Source: Histomonas meleagridis 2922-C6/04-290x
Lineage: Eukaryota > Protista > Parabasalia
Reading direction: 5' to 3'
Length of the DNA: 64,000 nt
Assembly: GCA_020184695.1 (NCBI GenBank)
Contig: JAANOX010000153.1
Coordinates: forward strand, 496,001-560,000
The notes beneath the pieces are model-generated. The model ran no database searches and had not been told where the DNA came from. It saw only the letters and a program-made list of their open reading frames with translations. Of this stretch, positions 43,101 to 53,426 are shown piece after piece. The stretch's first letter is position 1. Every line of letters begins with the position of its first letter. The translations under genes were made by a program, and so were the position numbers.

Positions 43101-44698
43101 TAATACAAATACAAGAAAACTCATTTCCAATACTTAATAAAATTATAACAATTTTCCAAAATAAAAAATCTGAAACAGGAGAACGTATTTTAGATCTTTA
43201 TGATGTCCAATTTACGAATGCTATAACAATTGGATTTACATTAAACTTAAAGATCTCCGGAGGATTTTTATCGACGTATTTAACATTTTCATCAAAAAAC
43301 TTATCGAATAATTATTCGGAAAATATCATTAAAGAATATATTAATGGATTAAATAAATGTAAACAAAGAACTGTTCAATTTTATTCATTGTCTTCCGATT
43401 TATGTTATGTATCGAAGAAATATCCGAAAATTAAAACATTAATTAAAGATTTCCTTAAGAATTTGGTTCCAATATTTTCGAATTTGGTATACAAAGCAAT
43501 GAAAATACAAAATAATGATTGGAAAGAATTAACAAAGTTTCGAAATTTATGTTCTACTTTTTATGATATGTTTTTGCCTTCTTTTGTTTGGTTACAATAT
43601 ATTGAACATTGTGAAATCGATATAAATGTGTTAATATCATTTTTCATTTATGATATAATTTACTCAAAAGAAAAATGGAAAGTTAATGGCGCAATTAATG
43701 CGATTAATGAAGCATTAAAATATTTTAAGGATAAAATTAATCATGAATTACTTTTATTGATCTTAAAGATTGTTCCTAATGAAAATATTTTGGATCATTT
43801 AACAAATATTATAAATGAAAATGAAAAATTTGATAAAATTAGAAAAGAATTAATTGAAATTATTTACTCAAACAAAAAATTGTTTTCCGCAAAAATTTTA
43901 ATAAAAATAATTCAAACTGATAAAAATAATAAATTACAAAAATATTCATTATATATATTTAATGATTTAATTATGAAAATTCAAAATAATGAACTAAAAA
44001 TTGATGAAATAATTCCAATTTTTTATGTTCTTTTTAACCACAACAAAACAATAATCGGTTATGTTCTCAAAATCATTGTAAACACCTCAAAAATTGACAT
44101 TCACATTCAAATTAATTTGACTACTTTAGGCCTTTGTTTCAAACCGAACAAAATTCCGTTAAACGAAATTTCAAAACTTTACATACAAACGTTCAAAACC
44201 GGCGGAATGAATAATATTTCGAAATTAATATGTATGTGTCCAGAGATTGGTTATTCAATACTGGCTAATGGCGCTGCTAAGGCTGCTTTCTTATTGGCTT
44301 TAAATGATACTTCGAATTCGAAAAATTATTTGATGTTTATAATGTTCTTTTTGGATAAATGTGAAATTGTGGAAATGAAAAATAAAATTGCGAAATCTGT
44401 TTTCTTACTTTGTATTAATTTGATGCAAAAGGTTTCGAATGACCCTTTAAAAGGTCCTTTGATTGTTCCTATTTGCGCATTGCTAATTAGAAATGTCGGA
44501 ACAATAATCGGAAACGAAATGAAAAATTTGTTCGAAGAATTAAATCAAAACGAAAAAGTTTCGGTGTGCCAAATACTACAAAAGCACATCAACAAAAAGT
44601 TGCTGTTGAAGAAGAACTCGGAACTTATGAAGTTCTCTTCAAACGTTAGAACTTCGCGTCATGACGAATGGCAAACAGTAGAGATAGACTATTCATAA
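40115..44698 (+). CDS. Large HEAT/ARM-repeat protein (possibly HEATR5/Laa1-like)
   Basis: Intact 1527-aa Leu/Ile-rich alpha-solenoid-type ORF; the family assignment is tentative. Confidence 0.5.
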   Translation: MFTKNTLRMNKFLDEISQIASSQILISAEQVIMKNLLEIDKFLVQGISEKEIELIEQHLFGLFSINSSQLSYQCSLFIASKLVSAYKLSKKPQLINIINLAITNSSESTIICAGYICRHLAFTSKSQIPRFVDFLLNHNKYPYATIYAIRGCFKSCGNALSSYLIPTIKFIQKNITEEKQSILIICIRLLKTLIQFGSASIPHIIEVSKSIELIINKHKYPLQNDLSLLIAKLSYSQIKQNETDEEKHTLNKTIQYVNLNECLLIVQQFNSLIKPIIRHLINFFNFNPIHFDCLQLFNFINKHCNELLKEFIPIMQTDIKYQLFEKIKQEKTISSDKLRSLILLCPNNSCINEITGISLLLACSKSKEDQKAAINFFRTFSKSHPTIMLNYLRCSLVFLSQPPEIDKNLENDFIGNSNIVYEILRNIPRIKDALLNNSDLIKQYIENILTNKYIKSFICYPKAFLTLSILPEEYSNNEYVINAISNALTSISKIEEKSKLWKSIIKSIFMLRSKHINIQQNNLLIAYVLSSQNNDLPNSVVIGLEKIVPISKTPETFYYQTSKKVISNSFKIKPSKELIKKFIKRSLPTGKDINFKPKTQIQKDNKKQNQLIEMILYFPKLYKLCNIQERNLILKTFFTENNIVSYLFILQICKIYPKTLPKKLVTFLLQLLNTKKLQKVEIICELISVYSIKHPQTMNEIFNYIQTTNQNSTYILISSMFTHCNIPMNYISNIIHILNTNIKNKNFTPFILFTITSMLKTHSVELSNIGFTLNEFSIIFETINSKSSLQPIILHLCSECFSELIEVNSLNLKTFKSLQELVLISLESIKFTPINYSKNSFFICFKTLILFANNLITNFLPTLKFPNYLGVQQYIQLNACSAYNDLIKYVNTDTKSLSQTLIFLIQKTNDIRASNLLISILSQSNSIIIFMNLIRKILLSNTIIDNYLIEPNVLLKITILKSCYNIIDFISLEENFKTEYLDDIISAICNSIQTNIIQIQENSFPILNKIITIFQNKKSETGERILDLYDVQFTNAITIGFTLNLKISGGFLSTYLTFSSKNLSNNYSENIIKEYINGLNKCKQRTVQFYSLSSDLCYVSKKYPKIKTLIKDFLKNLVPIFSNLVYKAMKIQNNDWKELTKFRNLCSTFYDMFLPSFVWLQYIEHCEIDINVLISFFIYDIIYSKEKWKVNGAINAINEALKYFKDKINHELLLLILKIVPNENILDHLTNIINENEKFDKIRKELIEIIYSNKKLFSAKILIKIIQTDKNNKLQKYSLYIFNDLIMKIQNNELKIDEIIPIFYVLFNHNKTIIGYVLKIIVNTSKIDIHIQINLTTLGLCFKPNKIPLNEISKLYIQTFKTGGMNNISKLICMCPEIGYSILANGAAKAAFLLALNDTSNSKNYLMFIMFFLDKCEIVEMKNKIAKSVFLLCINLMQKVSNDPLKGPLIVPICALLIRNVGTIIGNEMKNLFEELNQNEKVSVCQILQKHINKKLLLKKNSELMKFSSNVRTSRHDEWQTVEIDYS

Positions 44699-44758
44699 AA
44701 TGTTTTCGCTTTTAAATTATATTTGAGTTTTTGCTTGTGATTATATAATGAAAATTAT

Positions 44759-44974
44759 GTGCTGAAGAGTGCGCACATTGATGACTTAGATATGTCATTT
44801 GAGGATAGAGCCTTTTCCAATTGTTTAAATTTAAATTTTGAAAGCATTATCATTGGAGAAAGTGTTGAAATATTTGGTGATTCTGGCTTTGTAATCTTTA
44901 TTGATCTAAAATATATATACAGAATTTATTCATTTAAAATGTTTTCGCAAAAATGCAGCAATATCAATAGTTAA
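44759..44974 (+). pseudogene. BspA-like (TpLRR) leucine-rich repeat fragment
   Basis: FEDRAFSNCLNL..ESIIIGESVEIFGDS resembles a single TpLRR repeat; no ATG start and no continuation. Confidence 0.5.
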
Positions 44975-45404
44975 CTATTAATCGAACTCAAACTGATTCA
45001 TTTTTATTATATATTTATACTTCAATATGTTGAACAAATTAATAAGGGAACAACAATCGTTATTCTTTATGTTGTTTCATAATTATTGTAATCACTACTT
45101 ATAGTAATATTAATCCTTATTTAAAATTAAAAAATAAGAAATTAAAAAAAATGAAGCCATATCTACATTAAATATTAAAGATGATCTAATTATAGAAGAT
45201 TTTCGAGAAGACTAACATATATTCATTTACATTCAATGAAAATATAAATAAAAAATTAAGGATTATATTTGTTTTGGTTTTTCGAATGATTATTTTAACT
45301 TTTTTTGATTTTCAAATTGTTTGATGTGTTTCTATCGTTGCATTCAAACACAGTTTTTTAAATAAAATAACCACCAAATGACAATCCAAAAATCCAATGC
45401 AATT

Positions 45405-46079
45405 TTATTGCTGCCAAAGTTGAATATTTTCACGTAGTAGCTCTAGTGTGTGCACAGCCTCTTCTTTTGATTCCGGGCTTAACTGGTTTATTCCGTTACC
45501 AGCTTCATTGTATGCTTTCAACGCTAATTCGTAAGCTTCTGAAGTCTCATTTAATATTTCGTAAATGAAAACAGCAAAATTAAGGCACAAACCAAGTCGG
45601 AGTGGGTGATATGCAGGCAATGATGTCTCGGCAAGTGTTGCAGCATCTTGGTATGCAACTTTACATTGTTGTGCGACGTCAAAACGTGTTTTTTCGGCAG
45701 TTCCTTCCCATTTGTATCGAAGGTAATCTGCAATCATTTTTATGTAGAATATACGGACTTCTGGCTCTGTAACGGCAGGAAGTAATGTGTTCCTGATGAG
45801 AGATATGACTTCGTCACACTTGGCAGATAATATTTCTGATATTTCTATGATTGATGATGTGACATCATAGTTGTGGTTGTCCTCTTGAAGGATACGGATG
45901 GAATCACGAAGAGGGCCGACAATGCTTTTGTACGCTGCGCTGATAAGATTTCTTTCATTATATGAAAGTGGTCGACCTTGACTAATTACTTCACGCATGA
46001 AGTTGACACATTCTTCGTTCTTCCCACACTCCTGTGCCACCTTTGCCATAAAGACATTGACTTCACGGAGTCCCTCCAT
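45405..46079 (-). CDS. Divergent 14-3-3 protein
   Basis: LSYNERNLISAAYKSIVG, FYIKMIADYLRY, HPLRLGLCLNFAVFIYEIL and LELLRENIQLW. Confidence 0.93.
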   Translation of the reverse strand: MEGLREVNVFMAKVAQECGKNEECVNFMREVISQGRPLSYNERNLISAAYKSIVGPLRDSIRILQEDNHNYDVTSSIIEISEILSAKCDEVISLIRNTLLPAVTEPEVRIFYIKMIADYLRYKWEGTAEKTRFDVAQQCKVAYQDAATLAETSLPAYHPLRLGLCLNFAVFIYEILNETSEAYELALKAYNEAGNGINQLSPESKEEAVHTLELLRENIQLWQQ

Positions 46080-46679
46080 ACTTTTGGTATTGAAATAAAC
46101 GTTTTTACAATATTAACGGTTTCGGTGAACGTTAATCTTATTTCATCGTCAATAAGTAGCCAGGATTGCAGAAATCCATATCTAGAGAACATATCCATAA
46201 GTAAAAATGCAAAAACAATTGTTTTTTTAAAATATATTTCTTCGTTCATCAAAAAAGAGAACAATTTAACAATTTGTTTTTTTACTTTCCTTTGGTTCAA
46301 TAACAAAGAACGCCTTGATTTTCAATTCATGTTTTGCAACAAAAATATTAATAAAAGTTAAATATAGTACTGATTTCAATTACTTATCGTTTAATGAATC
46401 CACAATAATAATGCTAACTCAAACAATAAAAATTACAGATATCATTAAAAAAAATCTAGATATTGTTTATAACATGAAAAGCGATAAAAAATATTTTCTA
46501 AAATTTGAATTAATTTTTTTTGACATAAGGTAATCAATTCCTTTTGATTTAAAATGTAATAAATTTCTTTCGCTAGTTCAAAAAAAAAAATGGAGAGAAA
46601 TCTAAAAATTCAGTAAAAATGTGCAAAATGTTAAATATTATCACAATTAAAAAAAATGTTTTTATATGATATTAAATTT

Positions 46680-47285
46680 TTATTTTGTTTCTTTACTATG
46701 GAAGGCACATCTACTTTGTCCAATACCGCATGGAGTATGACACGGTTCATTTGTTTCTGCTTGACATTTGCTAAATAAATTGATCTTTGAATATAAAGGA
46801 TCTTGTTCAATATGATACAAACAATATTGAAATGACGGCGCTGTTGAATTCATACACAAAGGATCCATACAAACGCCAACTGGCTTTGGCCAGCCATATT
46901 CATCACTTCTTTTTTTGTAAGCAGTTGCTAATTCTCTTTTATGTTTGATGTAATCCTTTACTGATGCAAACTCTGTAGGAATTTCAAGTATTGGCCCAAC
47001 AACATTTACATCTTCAGATGAAATGTTTGTGAGCGATGGTTCATTTGCAATTCTTTGAAGTTGAGTCTGCAAAAAAAGAATCCTTAGTTCGTTGGCTTCA
47101 ATTTTTTCGGATTTTGGAGCTAAATCAATTGGAAATTGTTCAAGATCTGGAACTTCTTCAAGGTCAGATTCAGAAGGGATTGCCCTATTAGCTCGGCGAA
47201 GCCTATCAGGAACAGCGGTAGAAGGTTCACCAATTTTATGATTTTTTAAATAATTATGAAAAAAGGTGGAGCGAGATGAGCTCAT
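46680..47285 (-). CDS. zf-C3Hc3H domain protein (KANSL2/INO80D-like)
   Basis: C-terminal C-X4-C..P...YC..HI..DP...LF..C...PC..P.......C.FH pattern. Confidence 0.6.
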   Translation of the reverse strand: MSSSRSTFFHNYLKNHKIGEPSTAVPDRLRRANRAIPSESDLEEVPDLEQFPIDLAPKSEKIEANELRILFLQTQLQRIANEPSLTNISSEDVNVVGPILEIPTEFASVKDYIKHKRELATAYKKRSDEYGWPKPVGVCMDPLCMNSTAPSFQYCLYHIEQDPLYSKINLFSKCQAETNEPCHTPCGIGQSRCAFHSKETK

Positions 47286-47466
47286 TCTGTTTCGAAATAG
47301 GGCACTCCAAATATGAGGTACCCCAAAATCAGTGGAGATAACATGAACCAGTTGATTTGAAGTTCATATCTCACTATCTAAACTTAAAAACGATATTAGT
47401 TCGGTAAACAAAATCATTATAAAAAAGTTTATGTAAATAAGTAATAATAATTACTTATCATTTTTT

Positions 47467-48039
47467 CTAACAATTGCATTTAGAATTATTTGCTTGAAGA
47501 TTATTCTTACGATCTCCCGTAGTGCCTTCAAGAACCTTTAATCCTTCGGTAGCTGCTTTTTTAAAAATTTGCTTGATTCCTTCTCCTGTGAGAGCCGAAA
47601 CAAATACAAGTCCGTTGTACTCATCACTGAATTTTTCAGACATTTTTTGGATTGTGTTATCAGTAGGGGAAAGTTTATCAATTTTGTTAAATACCAAAAT
47701 TATCGGTGGATTTTCTCCGCTATCATGAAGGATTGTTACCCATTTGTCAAGGTTATCAATTGATTTCTGAGATGTAATATCTGCAACAAGAATACAAACA
47801 TTTGCATTTCTGGAAAACATTGGAATTAAAGAATTATACTGTTCTTGACCAGCAGTGTCCCATAGTTTTAACTCCACTTCAGTTCCATTCACTTTAACAA
47901 TTGTTGAGAAAACGGATGAACCAATTGTTGGTGGTAATTCAGAGTCAAAACGATCGCAACATTTTGTGTTGATGATAGATGTCTTTCCAACGCCAGAATC
48001 TCCAAGAAATATTGTTTTAAGAGATTGGCTTTGAGCCAT
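47467..48039 (-). CDS. Rab-family small GTPase
   Basis: GDSGVGKTS, WDTAGQE, NKID, SAL and C-terminal CNC; ATG at 48039. Confidence 0.95.
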   Translation of the reverse strand: MAQSQSLKTIFLGDSGVGKTSIINTKCCDRFDSELPPTIGSSVFSTIVKVNGTEVELKLWDTAGQEQYNSLIPMFSRNANVCILVADITSQKSIDNLDKWVTILHDSGENPPIILVFNKIDKLSPTDNTIQKMSEKFSDEYNGLVFVSALTGEGIKQIFKKAATEGLKVLEGTTGDRKNNLQANNSKCNC

Positions 48040-48134
48040 CTTTCTTCCTGTAGTTTTGAAAATTCTATTAAACCCCCCACAACGCACAAAACTGTGCGAA
48101 TACGTTAAGGAAAATAAACGTTTTCCTATTTAAA

Positions 48135-48581
48135 ATGGAAGATCTAATCAATGTTAGTGAAGAAGAAGATCAAGAAATCAAGAATTTTATCAATAAAGAA
48201 AATAAAGAAGAGGTCACTAATTCAAATAAGCAAATAAATATTTCTAATTCAGAACAAGAAGAAACAGATAAATCTCAATCCAATCCAACTAAAGTTTTGA
48301 AAAATAAAGAAGACGTAAGAAAAAATAAAAAAGATGTAAAAGAAATTGAGAGTTCAGAAGAAAGTGAAGATTCGTCTACAGATTATAAAAGTAGTCAACA
48401 TTCTTTGCATGGAATGAAATTTAAAATTCTCAAAGGGTTTAATGATGGAAGAAATGTATGTTATCAAGTACAATACAAAAATGGTGTTCAAAAAGTTTTT
48501 AAATCAGAAGATCTTCAAGAAGAAAATTCTGAAGTTATCATCAAATTCTTGGAGAATATAGTTAAGAAAAAAATTAAATAA
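48135..48581 (+). CDS. Acidic low-complexity protein with a chromo-shadow-like C-terminal domain
   Basis: Intact 148-aa ORF. C-terminal KILKGFNDGRNVCYQVQYKNG...EDLQEENSEVIIKFLENIV resembles the spacing of a chromo-shadow domain. Confidence 0.4.
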   Translation: MEDLINVSEEEDQEIKNFINKENKEEVTNSNKQINISNSEQEETDKSQSNPTKVLKNKEDVRKNKKDVKEIESSEESEDSSTDYKSSQHSLHGMKFKILKGFNDGRNVCYQVQYKNGVQKVFKSEDLQEENSEVIIKFLENIVKKKIK

Positions 48582-48627
48582 AATAATTTCTTGTATTGAA
48601 GTTTTTATTGATAACAATTTTAATTTA

Positions 48628-49221
48628 TTAACAGCATTTTCTTTCCTTTATTTCAATACTCTTGAGATCAACCGAATTATTACCTTGTGGAATGATCTCT
48701 TTTGTTTCCGAAACATGTTCAACAACTTTATCGAAAAGTTCATTGATTCCTAATCCTGAAATAGCTGATGTCCAGATGCATTCGGCATCTAAAGTTTGGG
48801 CCCACTCTGAGGTTTCTTCAATTGTAGTTGAAATTTGTTCATCAAGATCAGATTTGTTTCCTGCAATTACAACAAAAGGATCGTCTGAATTTTGACGAAA
48901 GGCTTTAATCCAACCTTCTAATGATTTTAAGCTCTCTTTTTTGGTTAAATCAAAAACTGCTATGGCAGCATTTGAGTTTCGATAATATATTGGTCCAATT
49001 GAGCGGTACTCTTCTTGTCCAGCTGTATCCCATATTTGAAGTATGATTTGCTTATTCTTAAATTTGACTTCCTTTGTATGAAAAACAGCACCGATTGTTG
49101 GACTTGGATCTTTTTGATAAGGACCATTTATGTACTTTTGGAGCAAAGAAGTTTTACCAACATTTGAATCTCCTATGAATACGACACGTCCATTTATAAC
49201 TTCTTGTTGTCTCTTTTCCAT
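48628..49221 (-). CDS. Rab-family small GTPase
   Basis: GDSNVGKTS, SPTIGAVF, WDTAGQEEY, GNKSD, SAI and C-terminal CC. Confidence 0.95.
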   Translation of the reverse strand: MEKRQQEVINGRVVFIGDSNVGKTSLLQKYINGPYQKDPSPTIGAVFHTKEVKFKNKQIILQIWDTAGQEEYRSIGPIYYRNSNAAIAVFDLTKKESLKSLEGWIKAFRQNSDDPFVVIAGNKSDLDEQISTTIEETSEWAQTLDAECIWTSAISGLGINELFDKVVEHVSETKEIIPQGNNSVDLKSIEIKERKCC

Positions 49222-49795
49222 ATGATGAATTGAATATTTTATCGGAGAAAATTCTGTATTTTACAAAAAGTTGTTTTGTGAGCCTTTACCGACATTCACT
49301 CAAAAGTCAACAAGCGATGAAAACCGACCAGCCAAAAAGACAGAAAAAATTGAATTCATTCAATGAATTCAATTCAATTTTTTGTGGGCGACGCAGACGT
49401 TATGAGCAATTTGACTTAACATGTTTATTTTTGATCGTCATATCTGAAAGTGTTTAAAAAAAAACACATTTTAAAACAGATAGTCAGTGAAATCAACCCA
49501 ATGTTGGCATAAAAATATTTCATCAACTAAAAGATTTTCAAAAATATTCAAATAAATTTAATTTAAATGATTTAATTTCCGATAATATAAAAATTGCTAA
49601 ATTTTCTTCTTTTCATATAAAAAGTTCTAATGTATTTTAAACCTTTAAAATTTCATTTAAATTTTTAATTATTTTAAAATATCTCTATGGCTTCATTAAT
49701 TTTGTTTTATGATATCAATATGCTTAATATTAACAATCTTGACACATAAAAAATGAAATAATAATAATAATAAAGTTTAAACTTTATTTAATAGT

Positions 49796-51340
49796 TCATG
49801 GGTAATATTGTGTTGTATCCCATGTAGTTACGATGTAACTAAAGAATGCTTGTAATTTTTTGTCGATTGCTTTAAGTTCCTCCATTCCTTGAGAAGCATA
49901 GGAATTGTATGAATCGAGTTTCATAACATTAGGAATTATTATCCTCACTAATCCATCGATTTCCATTTTTGTTATTTCACTAAATCTATGAACATCTCGG
50001 AAGAAACCTATTACGTAACCAAATAGGTTTAAATTTGTTGGGTCCATATTGTCAATAATAATATTAAGAAATTCCTTTGGATTTCTTGCATTAATTAATG
50101 TAGTAAAAATTTCATCAGGGATTAAAGGTATTTGATTTCTTAACCATCTTGTGAAAAGATAACATAATTCCTTCAAAGGAATTTCTTCTCTGAAATTAGA
50201 ATCTCCCATTTCATAATTTCTAATGAAATTATTTGGTATATTTTGAACTGCAGCAACTCTAAAAACTCCAAGAAGTTCATCACTATCTTCAATTTCCATC
50301 CTATTTAAAATTGCATCAGCCATATCTTTAATAATATATGGTATTGTTAAATCAGGATATGTTTCACGTTGGAACCATAGATATTCATAGATGGATCCAT
50401 AAAAATCGGGAATATTATGTCTGAATTTTGTAAGAATTGCCAATGCATTTTCTAAGTTTTCTTTCTTTATACCAAAATAACAACGAACTGAAAAACGAAT
50501 ATAACACAACTGTGCAATTTTTGAAAATTCATTTTCTTCGGACTCACGCTTTAATAAATATGATTTAATATATGGTTCACTTTCTTTTGTTGAAGGGAAT
50601 ATAGATGTTAACACTAACAAAATTTCCCATGTACTCATTTCATAATTAGATTGAGTGTTTTCTTTTGTTTGAGAAATTAATTGGGAATATGCTTCATCAT
50701 ATAAATCGGGATTTTTTTTAAGTATCTCAATGATTCTATCTATATCACGTGGTTGGCCATATTTTTGATAGTTTTTAATTAAATTGGATATTGTGATAGC
50801 AAATCTTGCATCTTTAGTTTTACTAATTTTTGTAAGACTTGTGCGAAGTGGCTTATTTGAATATTTTGCTCTTTCTATTCCTGGAATTTTCTTTAACTTA
50901 AATAGTCCTTTTCTTTCACTTCTGAAATGTTCACTCGCATAATCATCAAAATTATAAATATTATGGTATCTTTGTGGTTGCAAAAATGAGTTTTCTGAAA
51001 TAGTCGAACTTGATGAACTTTCCATATCTTCATCACTATTATCTCGTTTCATTCCAAGTGTTTTCGTGTTAAACCAATAGCTTCCTGGATTTGATTGTTG
51101 GCGCTTATAAGAAAATGGCTTTTGAAATATTGGATTACGAAATGAACCTGATTTTTTGAAAAATTTATCTATTTTATCTCTATTGTGACTAAAACTTGAT
51201 TCAGATGAAGAAGGTGATCCTCCATAAATTTTGTTTTTATTACGACGAAAACTTGAGCTAAGACTAGAGTCACCTCTTTGATCATAACAAAAGATATTGT
51301 AGGATAGAACCAAGGTAGTTAGAATCACTGAGATTCCCAT
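49796..51340 (-). CDS. MyTH4-RhoGAP domain protein
   Basis: LYDEAYSQLISQTKEN...WEILLVLTSIFP (MyTH4), then YPDLTIPYII, GVFR (arginine finger) and WLRNQIPLIP (RhoGAP). Confidence 0.85.
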   Translation of the reverse strand: MGISVILTTLVLSYNIFCYDQRGDSSLSSSFRRNKNKIYGGSPSSSESSFSHNRDKIDKFFKKSGSFRNPIFQKPFSYKRQQSNPGSYWFNTKTLGMKRDNSDEDMESSSSSTISENSFLQPQRYHNIYNFDDYASEHFRSERKGLFKLKKIPGIERAKYSNKPLRTSLTKISKTKDARFAITISNLIKNYQKYGQPRDIDRIIEILKKNPDLYDEAYSQLISQTKENTQSNYEMSTWEILLVLTSIFPSTKESEPYIKSYLLKRESEENEFSKIAQLCYIRFSVRCYFGIKKENLENALAILTKFRHNIPDFYGSIYEYLWFQRETYPDLTIPYIIKDMADAILNRMEIEDSDELLGVFRVAAVQNIPNNFIRNYEMGDSNFREEIPLKELCYLFTRWLRNQIPLIPDEIFTTLINARNPKEFLNIIIDNMDPTNLNLFGYVIGFFRDVHRFSEITKMEIDGLVRIIIPNVMKLDSYNSYASQGMEELKAIDKKLQAFFSYIVTTWDTTQYYP

Positions 51341-51898
51341 GAATAAAAGTGAAAACTTCTAAAAAAGAAAGTTGCTATTCAAAAATATAAAGTTTTTTTA
51401 GGGAAGAAACATTCACAAATCACATGCTTTTATTTAAAGTTTTACGAACTGATATTATATAAACTTTAACATACAAATTTGAATCATTTAAGATTTCTTT
51501 TCGTTCTGGAATTGAAAAATATAAACATAAATGCGATTTCTTCAATAAGAAAATTCATAAACTTAGAATGTTTGTACTCGAAAATGTATTTAGGTTATGA
51601 TTTTTTGAAAAAAGAAACACGACATTATTGAATTGGTGAAAACATTAAAAATGTTTTGTTTTTTTTGCATAAGTTGATATTTGGTTATGTTTTTATCTAT
51701 GAAATAACATGTTGTGACATTTACAAAAATGTGAGCAAGGTGTTTTCTTATTCATTTTATAATATACAAGATTTGTTTTCATAAAATTTTATGGTTTAAG
51801 TTTCTTTCTGCTTTTTCATGAGACTTTTAAATATGTTTTGTAAAAGATATCCATAAGAAATAAATTTAATCCCAATAACAAATAAATTATAAAATCAT

Positions 51899-52804
51899 TT
51901 ATTCAAAATTGGATGAATTCAGTGACCCGAGAATGTTTTGGAACAATGCCCCCAAATTCTGCATGTTTGGACCTCGTGCAGTACCTTCTGGAGCCAAATG
52001 CTTTGCATATGCATTAGATACCCATTTACTTATTTCTTTATTGAGTTGGATAATCTTTTTGTAGCTCGATCTGAGAAACGTCGCAGTCGCCGGAGAGTTC
52101 TGAAGCACTGCTTGAATGTAATGCTTCGTGAAAACAAAAAGAGGAGTAGTGATAGGAATATGTTTCGGCGCGTTTTCCATTGAATATGTGAGAAATTGTT
52201 CAGAGATCTTGGGACCATTACCATCTTGTGCTAAAAATGCAAGGGCGCAACGACATACAATAAACTGGGCATTGTAAATCATCTGCTTTTTGTCTGTAAT
52301 GGAAAGAATCCAAATCCATAATAAATTGGAAAGTTCTTTGATATATTTTTTAAGCTCTTTTTCGGTGGTGGTATGAAAGAGAATAAGTTTGGCATAGCCT
52401 ATTTGAGCTTGGTTATAGTTTTCTTTGGTTTCTGATACAAAAACATATTTTAACAAAATCTCTTTGGATTTGTCTGGTAATAGTTCAACAAACTTTTCAA
52501 GAAGCTGATATAATTCTGGAGATGAAAAATCTGGTGTAATTTTTTCGAAGTATTGATATAAAGTTGCTTTTATATTAGAATTGTCTTTTTTCTCATCAAT
52601 AAGAAGTACGGCACGATGGACGGCTGTTACTGATTGAGTATATTGTTCTTTTGTTACAAGAATATTTGCAATCTTTAATAAAAAGTTGATAGCTTCTTCT
52701 ATTTTATCTTGCCGCTTTAGCTTGCGAATAACGAAAGAGCTTTTTTCTATTGCTACATATCCATTTCCTGCTTCAGCAATTTTGATCACTTCTTCTTCGT
52801 TCAT
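51899..52804 (-). CDS. Alpha-helical protein, Get4/TRC35-like
   Basis: N-terminal RKLKRQDKIEEAINFLLKIANIL..KEQY, C-terminal PLFVFTKHYIQAV....ATFLRSSY and a tail LGALFQNILGSL, in a Get4-like layout. ATG at 52804. Confidence 0.5.
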   Translation of the reverse strand: MNEEEVIKIAEAGNGYVAIEKSSFVIRKLKRQDKIEEAINFLLKIANILVTKEQYTQSVTAVHRAVLLIDEKKDNSNIKATLYQYFEKITPDFSSPELYQLLEKFVELLPDKSKEILLKYVFVSETKENYNQAQIGYAKLILFHTTTEKELKKYIKELSNLLWIWILSITDKKQMIYNAQFIVCRCALAFLAQDGNGPKISEQFLTYSMENAPKHIPITTPLFVFTKHYIQAVLQNSPATATFLRSSYKKIIQLNKEISKWVSNAYAKHLAPEGTARGPNMQNLGALFQNILGSLNSSNFE

Positions 52805-53026
52805 GTGTGAAAGGGGTAAATTTACCAAAACCGTTGTTCGATAGCATCACAAAAAAATTAGCTAAATTCGAGAAATCTTCATAATTTCCTATCATAATAT
52901 TTACACATTAAAAAGCTAATATGTAAATCTTAGTTTCAAATTAAAACACCAAAATATGCACTTTATTATTGATTTAATTTTTAACTGTTAACAGGCGATA
53001 TAAATTCAACAAGATTTAAATCATCC

Positions 53027-53344
53027 CTATTGTGATTTAAAAAGAAGAAACCCGAGCTGATCAATATATAAATAAACAAATCTTGAAGAAATATGTCTGA
53101 CGCTTGCTGCAAAATTGTATCCAACAATACAGTTCCAAGTAGGGCCATCAATTTCATCAAACTTCTTTTTAAGTTCTTCAGCCATTTCACGATGAGAATT
53201 ACATTTTGAAGTTGCTGCAAGAGCTTCGGCTTTTATTCTATCAAGAAGTTCTGGAGTGCAATCTTTTTCATCTGATACAACAACAATTCGATCTTCTTGT
53301 TTTGTTTTTAGCGTCTCAGATGGTGCTGGCTGATTGGTTGACAT
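53027..53344 (-). CDS. Dynein light chain LC8 family
   Basis: MAEELKKKFDEIDGPTWNCIVGYNFAASVRH..FVYLYIDQLGFLLFKS; ATG at 53344. Confidence 0.93.
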   Translation of the reverse strand: MSTNQPAPSETLKTKQEDRIVVVSDEKDCTPELLDRIKAEALAATSKCNSHREMAEELKKKFDEIDGPTWNCIVGYNFAASVRHISSRFVYLYIDQLGFLLFKSQ

Positions 53345-53426
53345 GCTGATATAACGTATTTCGTTTTTGCACTTTTTCCAGTTCAATGCTTTCAAACGAT
53401 GCATAAAGTATTCAATTCATGAACAA

